A program made the position numbers and the translations under genes. This document shows positions 29,015 to 38,564 of a stretch of 64,000 nt of DNA, piece by piece. The notes beneath the pieces are model-generated. The model did not search any database. It had not been told where the DNA came from and worked only from the letters and a program-made list of their open reading frames with translations. Location of the stretch: assembly GCA_016840165.1 (NCBI GenBank), contig JAEOSU010000051.1:128001-192000 (forward strand), read 5' to 3'. The first letter of the stretch is position 1; every line of letters starts with the position of its first letter. Source of the DNA: Promethearchaeota archaeon (lineage in GTDB: Archaea > Asgardarchaeota > Lokiarchaeia > Sigyniarchaeales > SOKP01).

Positions 29015-29222
29015 ATAATTTTAAATCTATCTGTTATAATAACTATCGAAATTTACGATAAGTAATTTATTTTATGAAAAAATAAATATTTTACGAGTCT
29101 TTTTATGCATCTAATCTATTTTTCCACTTTGTTATTCTATATTTGAAACTAATAAAACTTATTTGAAGATTAAGGAAAATAAGTTATGATTTTAAATCTT
29201 TTTAAAAAAAAGTAGAAAAAAA

Positions 29223-30446
29223 TTAAAGTTTTTTCTCACGTAGCGCTTTTATCATAGGCAAATCCTTTCCAGAAAGAATTTCGAGCATGGCTCCCCCCGC
29301 AGTGGATATAAACGATACTTGATCAGCTAAACCTGCCATCGAGGCAGCAGCTCCCATTTCTCCACCACCTATAATTGTAAGAGCATTCTTATCATGAGTA
29401 GCCTTTACCATGGCTTCTACCATATCATATGTGCCCTTTCTAAACACTTCCTTTTCAAAAATGCCAGGTGGACCATTTGCTATTATTGTTTTGCATTTTA
29501 ACAATACTTCTTTGAAATGCTCTATTGTTTTTGGACCAATATCTCCTGTGGTAGTATTATAGGTTCCTGCTTCATCAGTGTTTATGACTTTTCTATTCCC
29601 ATTGTCGTCAATTACCAAATCTTCTGGTAATATAATTTCCTCTTTATATTTCTGGTAGGTACTTAATATCATATCTTTGTTTTGTTCCAAATCCTCTGCA
29701 ATAATTTTATAATTTGGTTCCCCCATATTTTTTCCCATTGCTTCAAAAATCAGGATAGCAGTTAGACCAGAACAAAGAGCGTAATTTAATTTATCTTCCT
29801 CAAAGTTGTACTTCATTGCTTTGAACTTATCTATCGCTTTTGCCCCACCTATTAGCATTGCCATGGGTTTTTTGGGGTCTTCGAGCACCTTCTTTAGATT
29901 GGCTAATTCTTCATCTGTTATAGGACCGGCTAACATTTTTGGCCAACCTACAATAGAAGCGTGAGCACGATGAGCTGCTCCAAAAGCGTCTACGATAACA
30001 TAATCTACTAGTGGAAAGAGTGTTTTAACCATTTCAGTATTTTCAGCTTCAGAGAAATCTTTATAATTTTTCATTTCACCTTCAAATTTTCGTACATTAT
30101 TGAGCATCAATACTTCTCCTGGTTTAAGATCTTTAATTGCTTTTACTGCTAATTCTCCGTAAATATCTTTGACAAATTTTACAGGTCGTCCAAGATATTT
30201 CTCAAGTTCTTTTGCATGTATATCTAAATCGGTAAAATCATCACTTCCAGGCCTTGATTGATGAGCTAAAAGAATCACAGCACTTTTTTTGAAATGTTCA
30301 TTAAGTGCAGGTGCTAATGCTCGAATTCTTGGAGAGTCTCTAATTTCCATCTTCTCTGTATCGATATTAGAGTTTATATCTACACGGATTAATATTTTTT
30401 TACCTTTCAATTTAACATCCTTATAGGATGTGTAATCTATTTTCAT
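29223..30446 (-). CDS. pgk: Phosphoglycerate kinase (archaeal type)
   Basis: RVDINS, AHQSRPG, LNNVR, DAFGAAHR.HAS, GGAK, NGPPGIFE and STAGGA motifs. Confidence 0.95.
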   Translation of the reverse strand: MKIDYTSYKDVKLKGKKILIRVDINSNIDTEKMEIRDSPRIRALAPALNEHFKKSAVILLAHQSRPGSDDFTDLDIHAKELEKYLGRPVKFVKDIYGELAVKAIKDLKPGEVLMLNNVRKFEGEMKNYKDFSEAENTEMVKTLFPLVDYVIVDAFGAAHRAHASIVGWPKMLAGPITDEELANLKKVLEDPKKPMAMLIGGAKAIDKFKAMKYNFEEDKLNYALCSGLTAILIFEAMGKNMGEPNYKIIAEDLEQNKDMILSTYQKYKEEIILPEDLVIDDNGNRKVINTDEAGTYNTTTGDIGPKTIEHFKEVLLKCKTIIANGPPGIFEKEVFRKGTYDMVEAMVKATHDKNALTIIGGGEMGAAASMAGLADQVSFISTAGGAMLEILSGKDLPMIKALREKKL

Positions 30447-30613
30447 TTATTTTATCACTTTGGATAATAATTTAATTTTATGTATTTGTCTAATTTATTT
30501 TAGATATCGAATTAAGATCATTTAATTTAAGATTGGTTAATATTTTTTTCTTATCAAGAACATAAAAATTAATGTTATCAAATATTAATAACAACTGTAG
30601 AAGATGAGTAAAT

Positions 30614-31393
30614 ATGGAGAATATAAGAGATGTACTAAATAAATTAATAGAAAAAAAATGTTCCGTTGAAGAGGCAGAAAAGTTATTAAAAGCCAATTTA
30701 ATCGAGGAAGTGGGAGATCTAGCTAAATTGGACGTGTTTCGAAAACTTCGAACTGGAATTGTGGAAGTTATATATGCTGAAAATAAATCACCTGACGTGT
30801 TAATTGAAATAATAAAATCATTTTTGAAAAGAAATAAATTTGCGATAATTTCTCGCTATAAAGAGGATCAGTTACAATTAATCGAGAAGACTTACCTTAA
30901 CAATCAGCAATACGAGATGGATATTAATGATCAAGCTAAAACAATGATAATTAAATCAGATAAATTCCAATTTCAAAAAAAAGGAGGAATTATAGGAATT
31001 ATCACTGCTGGAAGCTCAGATATTCATGTTGCTGAAGAGGCAAAAGTTATTGCTCAAGCAATGGGCTGTCAAGTGCTAACGAGTTATGATTTAGGGATTG
31101 CGGGAGTCCATAGGATTTTTCAACCATTGAGTGACATGATAAAAAAAGGGGTTCAAGTGTTAATTGTTTGTGCGGGGATGGAAGGGACACTACCTGGGGT
31201 AGTTGCCGCTTTAATTGATATACCGGTGATTGGAGTTCCAGTATCAAGTGGCTATGGTTTAGGAGAAAAGGGAATTGGTGCTCTCACCACAATGCTTCAG
31301 TCCTGTTCTCCTGGTTTGTTAGTTGTCAATATTGATAATGGATTTGGAGCAGGCGCTTCAGCAGCATTAATAGCCAATAAAATTGCCAAGTAA
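30614..31393 (+). CDS. larB: Nickel-pincer cofactor biosynthesis carboxylase/hydrolase LarB
   Basis: D..R..RTG..EVIYAE.K, TAGSSD..VAEEA, AGMEGTLP, PVSSGYG, SC.PG..VVNIDNGFGA motifs. Confidence 0.93.
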   Translation: MENIRDVLNKLIEKKCSVEEAEKLLKANLIEEVGDLAKLDVFRKLRTGIVEVIYAENKSPDVLIEIIKSFLKRNKFAIISRYKEDQLQLIEKTYLNNQQYEMDINDQAKTMIIKSDKFQFQKKGGIIGIITAGSSDIHVAEEAKVIAQAMGCQVLTSYDLGIAGVHRIFQPLSDMIKKGVQVLIVCAGMEGTLPGVVAALIDIPVIGVPVSSGYGLGEKGIGALTTMLQSCSPGLLVVNIDNGFGAGASAALIANKIAK

Positions 31394-31522
31394 TAAGCAT
31401 TAACTTCTTTTCGATTTTGTAATTATTGATTGGAATATAATTAATTATAAATACAAATAGAATCGAAATTTACTCATAAAAACTATATATTTAAAATTAA
31501 TTACAAATTAAGAGTTTTTAAA

Positions 31523-32185
31523 ATGACACCCACACCAGCTTCTTTAGAAGCCTTAAGTAAGCTCAGAATATTAAATGAAGATTTTGGTTGGTATATTATT
31601 CCAATATTAGCAATAGTTCTTTATATTTATGGTGTAGAAATAAAGAGAGCACGTGAAACTGGAAACTGGAGCACAATTTTTGCTGGATTAACAGTATTAG
31701 GATTAGATTTCATAAATGAAATATGGAATGCCTTAGTTTTTGCTTTTAGTGGTTATTCTGCATTTTGGACGACTCCCGGAGCTAGTGCATATATTATATT
31801 AATTGGCTGGAACATTGAGATTGTTTTTATGTTTTCTATAGCGGGAATCATCTTTGCAAAGTTTCTACCAGAAGATAGAGGCAAAAAGATTCTTGGATTA
31901 CCAAATCGATGGGCAATGGCCGCAGGATTTGCTCTATTTTGTGTAATTGTTGAAATTTTGCTAAATTGGGGTAATTATCTGATTTGGGAATATGTATGGT
32001 GGCATTGGTACAATCCCGTTTTAATCTTTTTAATAGGATACTTTCATTTTTTTGTAGGGGCGTTTTATGTATATGATTTGCCCGAAAAGAAAGATAAGAT
32101 TAAAGTAGTAGCCATCATCTATGGAATTTGTGTTGTATTACTATGTATTTTTGGTCCAATATTCGGGCCATTAGGCATTTTTTAA
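31523..32185 (+). CDS. Conserved hypothetical multi-pass membrane protein
   Basis: About 7 hydrophobic segments; D..NEIWN, GWNIEI.FMF and VEILLN motifs. Confidence 0.75.
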   Translation: MTPTPASLEALSKLRILNEDFGWYIIPILAIVLYIYGVEIKRARETGNWSTIFAGLTVLGLDFINEIWNALVFAFSGYSAFWTTPGASAYIILIGWNIEIVFMFSIAGIIFAKFLPEDRGKKILGLPNRWAMAAGFALFCVIVEILLNWGNYLIWEYVWWHWYNPVLIFLIGYFHFFVGAFYVYDLPEKKDKIKVVAIIYGICVVLLCIFGPIFGPLGIF

Positions 32186-32429
32186 TTATTTTTCTTTTTT
32201 TTTTTTTCTTAATTTTTCTTTACTTAGAGAAATATTTGTTCAAACGCCTTTTTTAGCAATTTCTAAATTAAAGCCATAGGTGAGTATTAATAAGTTTTCC
32301 CCCCTTTTTTAATAACAAAAAGCCTACAAAAAACTATAAATATGTAGATTAATATAATTTATATTGAAACTATTTCTATATAAAATCTATTTAAAAAAAA
32401 TAAAATTTGAGACAATGTAGTTGAGACCA

Positions 32430-32963
32430 ATGGTCGCAACAGCAGATAATTTTGAAAGATCTAAAGAGTTTTTCGATAGCGGGGATATTCTTAGTACTCT
32501 AGATAGTTTTAACAAAGTTATCGAGAATATTGACCGAACACATACCAACCGTAAAATAGAGCTTATCCAATTCCTACAAAATTTACTAAAACATTGCCAA
32601 GATAACAATCTCAAGAGTGAAGAAGCAATGGTACTGCGAGCTCTTGGGAGGACACATGCTAAATTTAAAGAGCATGCTGAGGGTCTAAAGTATTCCTATC
32701 AAGCTTTGAAAATTCAGAAGAAGTTAGGCAAAAAAATAGATGTTGCTGAAGGACTTGAATTTCTCGCTGAAGATTTACAGATATCAGGGAATTATGATAA
32801 ATGTATTGAATCATTTTCCGAGGCTTCTGAAATCTATCATGATTTAGGGAAATTAAGAAAAGAGAGAGACATAAAAAAGAAAATCTCTAAACTTAAAGAA
32901 TTTTCAAAAGAGATGGTAGAAGACGAATATTTCCTTCATAAATTTAACATTGACAAATACTAA
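32430..32963 (+). CDS. Tetratricopeptide repeat protein
   Basis: EA.VLR.LG..H.......GL.Y..QAL.I and A..L..LA.......G.Y..CIE.F.EA..IY repeats; the ORF extends to TTG 32421. Confidence 0.8.
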   Translation: MVATADNFERSKEFFDSGDILSTLDSFNKVIENIDRTHTNRKIELIQFLQNLLKHCQDNNLKSEEAMVLRALGRTHAKFKEHAEGLKYSYQALKIQKKLGKKIDVAEGLEFLAEDLQISGNYDKCIESFSEASEIYHDLGKLRKERDIKKKISKLKEFSKEMVEDEYFLHKFNIDKY

Positions 32964-33012
32964 TCTGGATATCGAAACTATTAATTCACATCTCTTTTTT
33001 TTTCTATTAATT

Positions 33013-34317
33013 TTATCTCGAATTTTTTTCATTAGATAATTTCCGATACAGCTTCGTTAATTCAGATGCAGTCATTACTAATAATTCCTTGATTGAATAT
33101 CCTGTTGCTGCGCTAATATTTCTCAAATCTTCATATTCTGGTTTGATATTGACGATTTGCTTTCCTTTTTTGTTTATAAAATAAGAGATTTTATAGTTAA
33201 TTTCAAAATTTTCTTGATCAAGAACAATTTTCACAATTTCAATCTCCCTATCGATACAGACTCTTTTAGTTTTACTGATACGTACTCCCAATGTTCCTAA
33301 TTCGGAAAAGATATCTTCTAATATTTCATCACTCATTTCAGGGTGACATAGTATTTTTATAACATAGCTGGGTCTATTCTTCTTTGTAATACTCGATATA
33401 ACTTGAATGTCCAATATTTCAGAGTTCTCCATTTTATATATAAAATTACCAATAATTTCCCCCGTAACATCATCTACATCCGTCTCTAAAACATTAACAT
33501 CTTCTAGATAATCCTTAAATTTACTAGTTAAGGTTCCCAAATGCTCTTTTTCAATTTCACCAAAATATATCCGTAGAATGTTTGAAAAATTGTGAAAAGT
33601 TTTTTGTCCTGTTCCAAATGTCACTTTTTTAAGCTTCATTCCTTCAAAAAATTCCTTACAGACAGGATTTAAATTAACTAATAGTGCTGCACCCGTAGGA
33701 GTCACCAATTCTCCCTCAACCGGACCACTTTGAACAATAATTTCTGCATTTTCTAGGATTTTCACTGTTGCAGGTGCAGGAACTGCAAGAGTGCCATGAG
33801 CAGTCTTTATTTTTCCTCCACCTAATGGTAATTGACTACAAAATACTCCGAAATCATCATGGAAGTATCCTATAATTTCTAGGGCTTTAGTTACTCCTAA
33901 TATGTCAATTAAAGTATCTACAGAGCTTAACTCATGAAGATGAATTTGTTCAATTAATTCTCCATGAACCTGGGCTTCAGCTTGAAAAAGCGAGTTTAAT
34001 ACATTATATGCGTAAGTTTTTGCTGGTAGAGAGTAATTACCTCTTTCTAAAGCTGTATCTAATGCCAATTGAAGTGTTTTTGGAGTGCGATGATGTTTAT
34101 CTTCTTTAATTTTTATATTTAATTGATTTACCTGAATACCTGACTTTTCAATCGTTGATAAATCAATTTCAAGTTGAGAAACACTATCGATATATTTCTT
34201 TAAATCAACTAATAATTCTAATACATCATTAGGATCCTGTATTAATCCCAATAACGAAGCTAGAATCATATCTCCAGAAACTCCTGAATTGACGCAATCA
34301 AGATATAAACTTTTCAT
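33013..34317 (-). CDS. larC: Nickel-pincer cofactor nickel insertase LarC (continuous C1+C2)
   Basis: LYLDC..SGVSGDM.L, AEA.VHG...HLHE...D...DI, AHG.L.VPAPAT, EL.TPTGAA, ETDVDD.TGE, KKNRP, TLGVR and KPEYED motifs. Confidence 0.93.
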   Translation of the reverse strand: MKSLYLDCVNSGVSGDMILASLLGLIQDPNDVLELLVDLKKYIDSVSQLEIDLSTIEKSGIQVNQLNIKIKEDKHHRTPKTLQLALDTALERGNYSLPAKTYAYNVLNSLFQAEAQVHGELIEQIHLHELSSVDTLIDILGVTKALEIIGYFHDDFGVFCSQLPLGGGKIKTAHGTLAVPAPATVKILENAEIIVQSGPVEGELVTPTGAALLVNLNPVCKEFFEGMKLKKVTFGTGQKTFHNFSNILRIYFGEIEKEHLGTLTSKFKDYLEDVNVLETDVDDVTGEIIGNFIYKMENSEILDIQVISSITKKNRPSYVIKILCHPEMSDEILEDIFSELGTLGVRISKTKRVCIDREIEIVKIVLDQENFEINYKISYFINKKGKQIVNIKPEYEDLRNISAATGYSIKELLVMTASELTKLYRKLSNEKNSR

Positions 34318-34458
34318 TGATTATAACCTTACAGCTTTTTCTTAATCATACTTTACGAATATCAAAAATAATATTAAATTTTAATAATTTAATGATTATA
34401 ATATAAGTATTAAGATTTTGTAGTATGCTTTAAAATTACTAGTTTTTCGGCTAAAATC

Positions 34459-35190
34459 ATGAGTGAACTTCAAACATTAAAATGCTATTTAAATCAGTTG
34501 CCTTCGACACTTATCAGTCTCCTTGGATTGCAACAACCTTCTCATCTTCCAGAACCCGTGTCTGAGGTCTTGGATATGTATAGGGGCGTAGATCGTGTAT
34601 CTATATCCATGCTCGATAACTTTGGGCTCTTTGAGATTACTTATTTCAAACCCCAGTTCATGATTACGAATTCTGAAGCAATGCTGTTGCTTTCAACACG
34701 AAATCCTTATACTCTAGGAGTTCTTCATCAACTTATGTATGGAGGATTTGAAAAAGAGCCGAATGGATTTCATTTACTCCGATATTTAAATGAACATGGT
34801 AAAAAAACATGTTTTGTCGCTCGCAAAAAAGATCTTGATCGTTATAGTGCAAGAACGCATTCCGTTGCAAAAGATACAGATATGAGTACTTGGGTCGAAT
34901 CGGCAAAAACTATTAATAACTTTGATCTTTCCCTGATGCATTACTTAGATTTTGAGAACCTTCATAAACAGCAACAAGCATTAAAACAAAGAACACCCGA
35001 AGATCTAATTGAAAAATTGATTCTACGTACTGATAAATGGATTTTAAGTAATTATAAACAATTGCGGAACAATTCCTTAATGATAATCCTCGGAGACCAT
35101 GGAAGAATAAAATTAGATTTAGAATTTTCAGGAAAGATTGCTCAATGGCGAGAAGCTAGTGTTCCAATTGCGATTTTAATGCGTAAATAA
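34459..35190 (+). CDS. Compact, divergent alkaline-phosphatase-superfamily fold protein
   Basis: N.LPSTL..LLG, MLDNFG, HYLDFE..H and MIILGDHG recall the NPP/iPGM core. Confidence 0.6.
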   Translation: MSELQTLKCYLNQLPSTLISLLGLQQPSHLPEPVSEVLDMYRGVDRVSISMLDNFGLFEITYFKPQFMITNSEAMLLLSTRNPYTLGVLHQLMYGGFEKEPNGFHLLRYLNEHGKKTCFVARKKDLDRYSARTHSVAKDTDMSTWVESAKTINNFDLSLMHYLDFENLHKQQQALKQRTPEDLIEKLILRTDKWILSNYKQLRNNSLMIILGDHGRIKLDLEFSGKIAQWREASVPIAILMRK

Positions 35191-35210
35191 TCATATAATA
35201 ATCATATAAA

Positions 35211-35735
35211 ATGGAAGAAGAATATAAACGTTTCACTGTTTCGCTCCCTCCCGACTTATATAATGAAATAGAATCATTTAGAAAAAAATTAGGTGTCTCA
35301 CGTTCAGATTTGATCCGAAAAGCGATTTATTCATATCTTATTAGTGAAGAGAGCATTCCCACTGATTCAAATAATGTTATAGGCTGTATTTCTCTCATTA
35401 TGACTCACAAACATATTAAGACTGAAAATGATCAAAATAATCATATTCATTCCCATGAAGTTAATCATGATGCTGATCACCATCATAATCATGATTTTGG
35501 GTCGAGACCGATTTATATGAACGTACAACAAGCGGATGAAGTTTTAAAAACGGACATTCAACATCATTTTGGTGATATAATAATTTCTACGATGCATGTG
35601 CATCTGGAATTCGAAAAGTGTTTGGAAATTATTGCTGTATCTGGCCCAAAAGATAGAGTAGTACGGCTCAAGGAGGATTTGCAGGCATTAAAAAGTGTAA
35701 TCTCAACTGGATTTTTTATTATTGATAGAGAATAA
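35211..35735 (+). CDS. nikR: Nickel-responsive regulator NikR with His-rich insertion
   Basis: RHH RFTVSLP...SRSDLIRKAI; Ni site IQHH...STMHVHL...CLE. Confidence 0.9.
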   Translation: MEEEYKRFTVSLPPDLYNEIESFRKKLGVSRSDLIRKAIYSYLISEESIPTDSNNVIGCISLIMTHKHIKTENDQNNHIHSHEVNHDADHHHNHDFGSRPIYMNVQQADEVLKTDIQHHFGDIIISTMHVHLEFEKCLEIIAVSGPKDRVVRLKEDLQALKSVISTGFFIIDRE

Positions 35736-35778
35736 ATTCTAATAATTTAACCATTCCTTTTCATAAAAAGAAGAGAAG

Positions 35779-35846
35779 AGAATAAAAAATTCAAGAATTG
35801 AGGGATAGCTTAAAGGATAAGGCGATTTAGGTGAATTTTTTATTCT
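35779..35846. repeat. Perfect 15-bp inverted repeat with 38-bp spacer
   Basis: AGAATAAAAAATTCA (35779-35793) and TGAATTTTTTATTCT (35832-35846). Confidence 0.7.
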
Positions 35847-35978
35847 AAAATCTATTTGTTGTGTGTGTTAATTTATTAATAAGAGAAGCAAAATTTAAGC
35901 CTTAGAACTGTATAAAATTATTAATTTATTATACAACGTGTTAAGGTTAAATATTAAAAATAAATAAAAATAACTTAG

Positions 35979-36012
35979 AAAAAAAAAACTTATTCCATTT
36001 TAATGAATGGTA
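35979..36012 (-). terminator. Probable terminator of the histone gene
   Basis: On the minus strand, CCATT-CATTAA-AATGG hairpin then a run of about 10 T just after the stop. Confidence 0.55.
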
Positions 36013-36021
36013 AAGGATGTT

Positions 36022-36219
36022 TTAAAGATCCTTTTCCTGAACTGTCTTTCTTCCATTTGCTTTAGCCCTTCCTATAGCATTATCAAGTACATTAACGATG
36101 GCATCATTTAATGCTTTACCATCAATTAAATCGCCGCTTGTATTGCAACCTTTTGACTTGATATAATCTCTCACTTTGCTTTTCACAAAAAGGGCGTCCA
36201 CAGTTGCTTTTTTAGCCAT
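36022..36219 (-). CDS. Histone-fold protein with truncated alpha3 (Bd0055/face-to-face-like)
   Basis: LFVKSKVRDYIK...NTSGD...A..RAKANGRKTVQEKDL ends right after RxTxxxxD; GGAGG SD at 36229-36233. Confidence 0.88.
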   Translation of the reverse strand: MAKKATVDALFVKSKVRDYIKSKGCNTSGDLIDGKALNDAIVNVLDNAIGRAKANGRKTVQEKDL

Positions 36220-36568
36220 TTTTATATTCCTCCAAAAATTGTTTTAAATATGTTTTAAAAATAAATTTGTATTTAAAATATAATTCTTCACGCTTCTATT
36301 TAAAGTTAGTTGAAAAATCATCATAGAAGGTTAATATTGTCGGTCTAATCACAATTTATATAAGTATCAAAAGAATGAATTTCTGGGCTTTAAGCACGGT
36401 ATTAATTAAGATCTGAGAGTATCAGTGGTCATATTCTTACTTTTAATATCTCAACTCTTAATTTAGTAGATTAGATGTGGTTATAGACTTTTTTGAACTC
36501 TTAATCGATTTGATTAGTATATGAGTGATTATATTTATTTTTAAAATAATATAACTTCTGAATAATTA

Positions 36569-37564
36569 ATGCTGAAAAAAATTATATCCCGAGCTCCGGT
36601 AAGAATCTGTGATATTGGAGGTTGGACAGACACATGGTTTTATAGAAATGGTGCTGTTTTTAATTTCTGTATTAATCTTTATAGTTATGTGTATATTATT
36701 GAGAATGGAAAAAAAGCTATTAGAATTATCTCTGATAATTTAGATGTCCAAACTTTCATAAAAAGTCATGAATCCATAGAATATGATGGTAAATTAGATT
36801 TAATTAAAGCAGGAATAAAAATGTTAAACATTCACAAGGGTTTAGATATCTATGTAAAAACAGAAGCACCACCTGGAAGTGGTATGGGTACCAGTGCAAG
36901 CCTTGCAGTTGCATTACTTAGTGGTTTAGCCAAAAGCGATAATTTAGAAATTCAACCTAAAGAAATTGCACAATTAGCCCATCAACTTGAAGTTAAAGAA
37001 CTCCATTTAGAGAGTGGAGTTCAAGATCAGTATGCAGCGGCATATGGTGGAACTAATTATATGGAAATTTGCTATCCTTCAGTGAATATAGAACCAATTG
37101 AGATTGATAAAAGTAGGATTTTAGAATTAGAAAAACAATTAATTTTAATCTATATTGGTCCAAGAAGTTCAAGTGAAATGCATAAAGCAGTCATTGAAAA
37201 TTACGAGAAAGGGGATCCCTTTACGATAGATTCTTTTAGGATAATGAAAAATTGTGCTAAAAAGATGAAAAAAGCCATAAATTCTAATATTGAGGCGATT
37301 GGAGATGTTATGAATGAGAATTGGGATGCTCAAAAAAATCTCCATCCTCTTATGACAAATTCACTAATTAAAAAGGCGGAATCTATTGCCTTTGAAAATA
37401 AGGCATTAGGATTTAAGTGTAATGGAGCTGGTGGAGGAGGATCAGCTACCATATTATCAAAAATAGATAATGAGCACAAATTACGAAAAAAGTTAATAGA
37501 AAATGGTTTTACTATCCTACCCTGTAAATTATGCTTTGAAGGAGTAAGAAGCTATAATATCTAA
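36569..37564 (+). CDS. GHMP kinase (HddA/heptose-7-phosphate or fucokinase-like)
   Basis: RAPVRI...GG.TD, PPGSGMGTS, G.QDQYAAAYGG and K..GAGGGG motifs. Confidence 0.9.
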   Translation: MLKKIISRAPVRICDIGGWTDTWFYRNGAVFNFCINLYSYVYIIENGKKAIRIISDNLDVQTFIKSHESIEYDGKLDLIKAGIKMLNIHKGLDIYVKTEAPPGSGMGTSASLAVALLSGLAKSDNLEIQPKEIAQLAHQLEVKELHLESGVQDQYAAAYGGTNYMEICYPSVNIEPIEIDKSRILELEKQLILIYIGPRSSSEMHKAVIENYEKGDPFTIDSFRIMKNCAKKMKKAINSNIEAIGDVMNENWDAQKNLHPLMTNSLIKKAESIAFENKALGFKCNGAGGGGSATILSKIDNEHKLRKKLIENGFTILPCKLCFEGVRSYNI

Positions 37565-37624
37565 CAATAGTTAAATATATCTGAAAAGAACGTGCTTTTT
37601 ATAGTTCCTTATTAAAAAGGTTAT

Positions 37625-38431
37625 ATGAGTATACCTGAAAAATCTTCACAATTACTCAAGATAAAACGAGGTTTTAATGGAATCAAAATTCACAATTTAT
37701 TTATATTTAATAGGGCGGGAATTTGCATTTATGGCCTTAATTTTTCTCAGATTTATACCATTGAACAAGAACAGCTTATCTCTTCCTACTTTACTGCACT
37801 AATGTCATTTACTAAGGAATTAATTGGAGACAAGATTAAAGCTGTTGAAATGGGGGGTGGCATTAAACTTGTTGTATTTGAAAAGATTAACTTATACTAT
37901 TGTATCTTATGTGCGTCATTTGAAAATATTAATCTTTTAGAAGAAATTATTACGAAAATCCATTTAATCATTTTGTCTTATATTAAAAAAAATGATGTTA
38001 AAACGGACATTGAATATATCTATGATGAAAATCTTAATTTTTTAGTGGAAGATGTTATACGAGAAACTCTCAGTAAAGAATTTGATTTAAAAAAAGAAGA
38101 GAAAATCATTGAGTATTTTGATAAAATTCAGGAAATTGACGAGATTCAAGGATCGATCCTTTTAACAGACAGAGGTAAAGTAATTTATTCCACACTTAGA
38201 GATATTGAACTGAAAAAATTTCTCAAACAAGTTGATTTTAGAGTCAAAATATGTAATAATTCTATTTTGAAGCTTTTCTATACCTCACGAGAAAAGGAAT
38301 TGATTTTATCTGAATATATAAATGATTTGTATTTCATTATCTTGATTTTTGATTCCAAAACTAAATTTGGGGTCGCTGAATTTTATTTACAAAAAATTGT
38401 GAATAATATATGCGCAATTTTAAATAAATAA
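37625..38431 (+). CDS. Longin-like + roadblock-like two-domain protein
   Basis: IHNLFIFNRAGICIY...LISSYFTALMSFTKEL (longin) and EIQGSILLTDRGKVIYS...FGVA (roadblock). Confidence 0.75.
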   Translation: MSIPEKSSQLLKIKRGFNGIKIHNLFIFNRAGICIYGLNFSQIYTIEQEQLISSYFTALMSFTKELIGDKIKAVEMGGGIKLVVFEKINLYYCILCASFENINLLEEIITKIHLIILSYIKKNDVKTDIEYIYDENLNFLVEDVIRETLSKEFDLKKEEKIIEYFDKIQEIDEIQGSILLTDRGKVIYSTLRDIELKKFLKQVDFRVKICNNSILKLFYTSREKELILSEYINDLYFIILIFDSKTKFGVAEFYLQKIVNNICAILNK

Positions 38432-38564
38432 ATCTTTAACATTACTATAAACCTTAAAAAACATTCTTTCATGATGAATTTAGGGATAGCGAAGTTCTTA
38501 TGAATTATAATAACCAAATTAATATTTGATTCGTGCTAATGTCTAAATAATCATTAAATGAGAA

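Noticed and set aside
34318-34458. NikR operator (GTATGA-N16-TCATAC type) between larC and the nikR operon
   Set aside because: Only isolated half-sites (TCATAC, GTATTA, GTATGC) without the correct spacing or orientation.
38471-38545. ATGATGA (C box) upstream of rubrerythrin as a C/D box sRNA
   Set aside because: No CTGA D box at a suitable distance and no convincing D'/C' pair.
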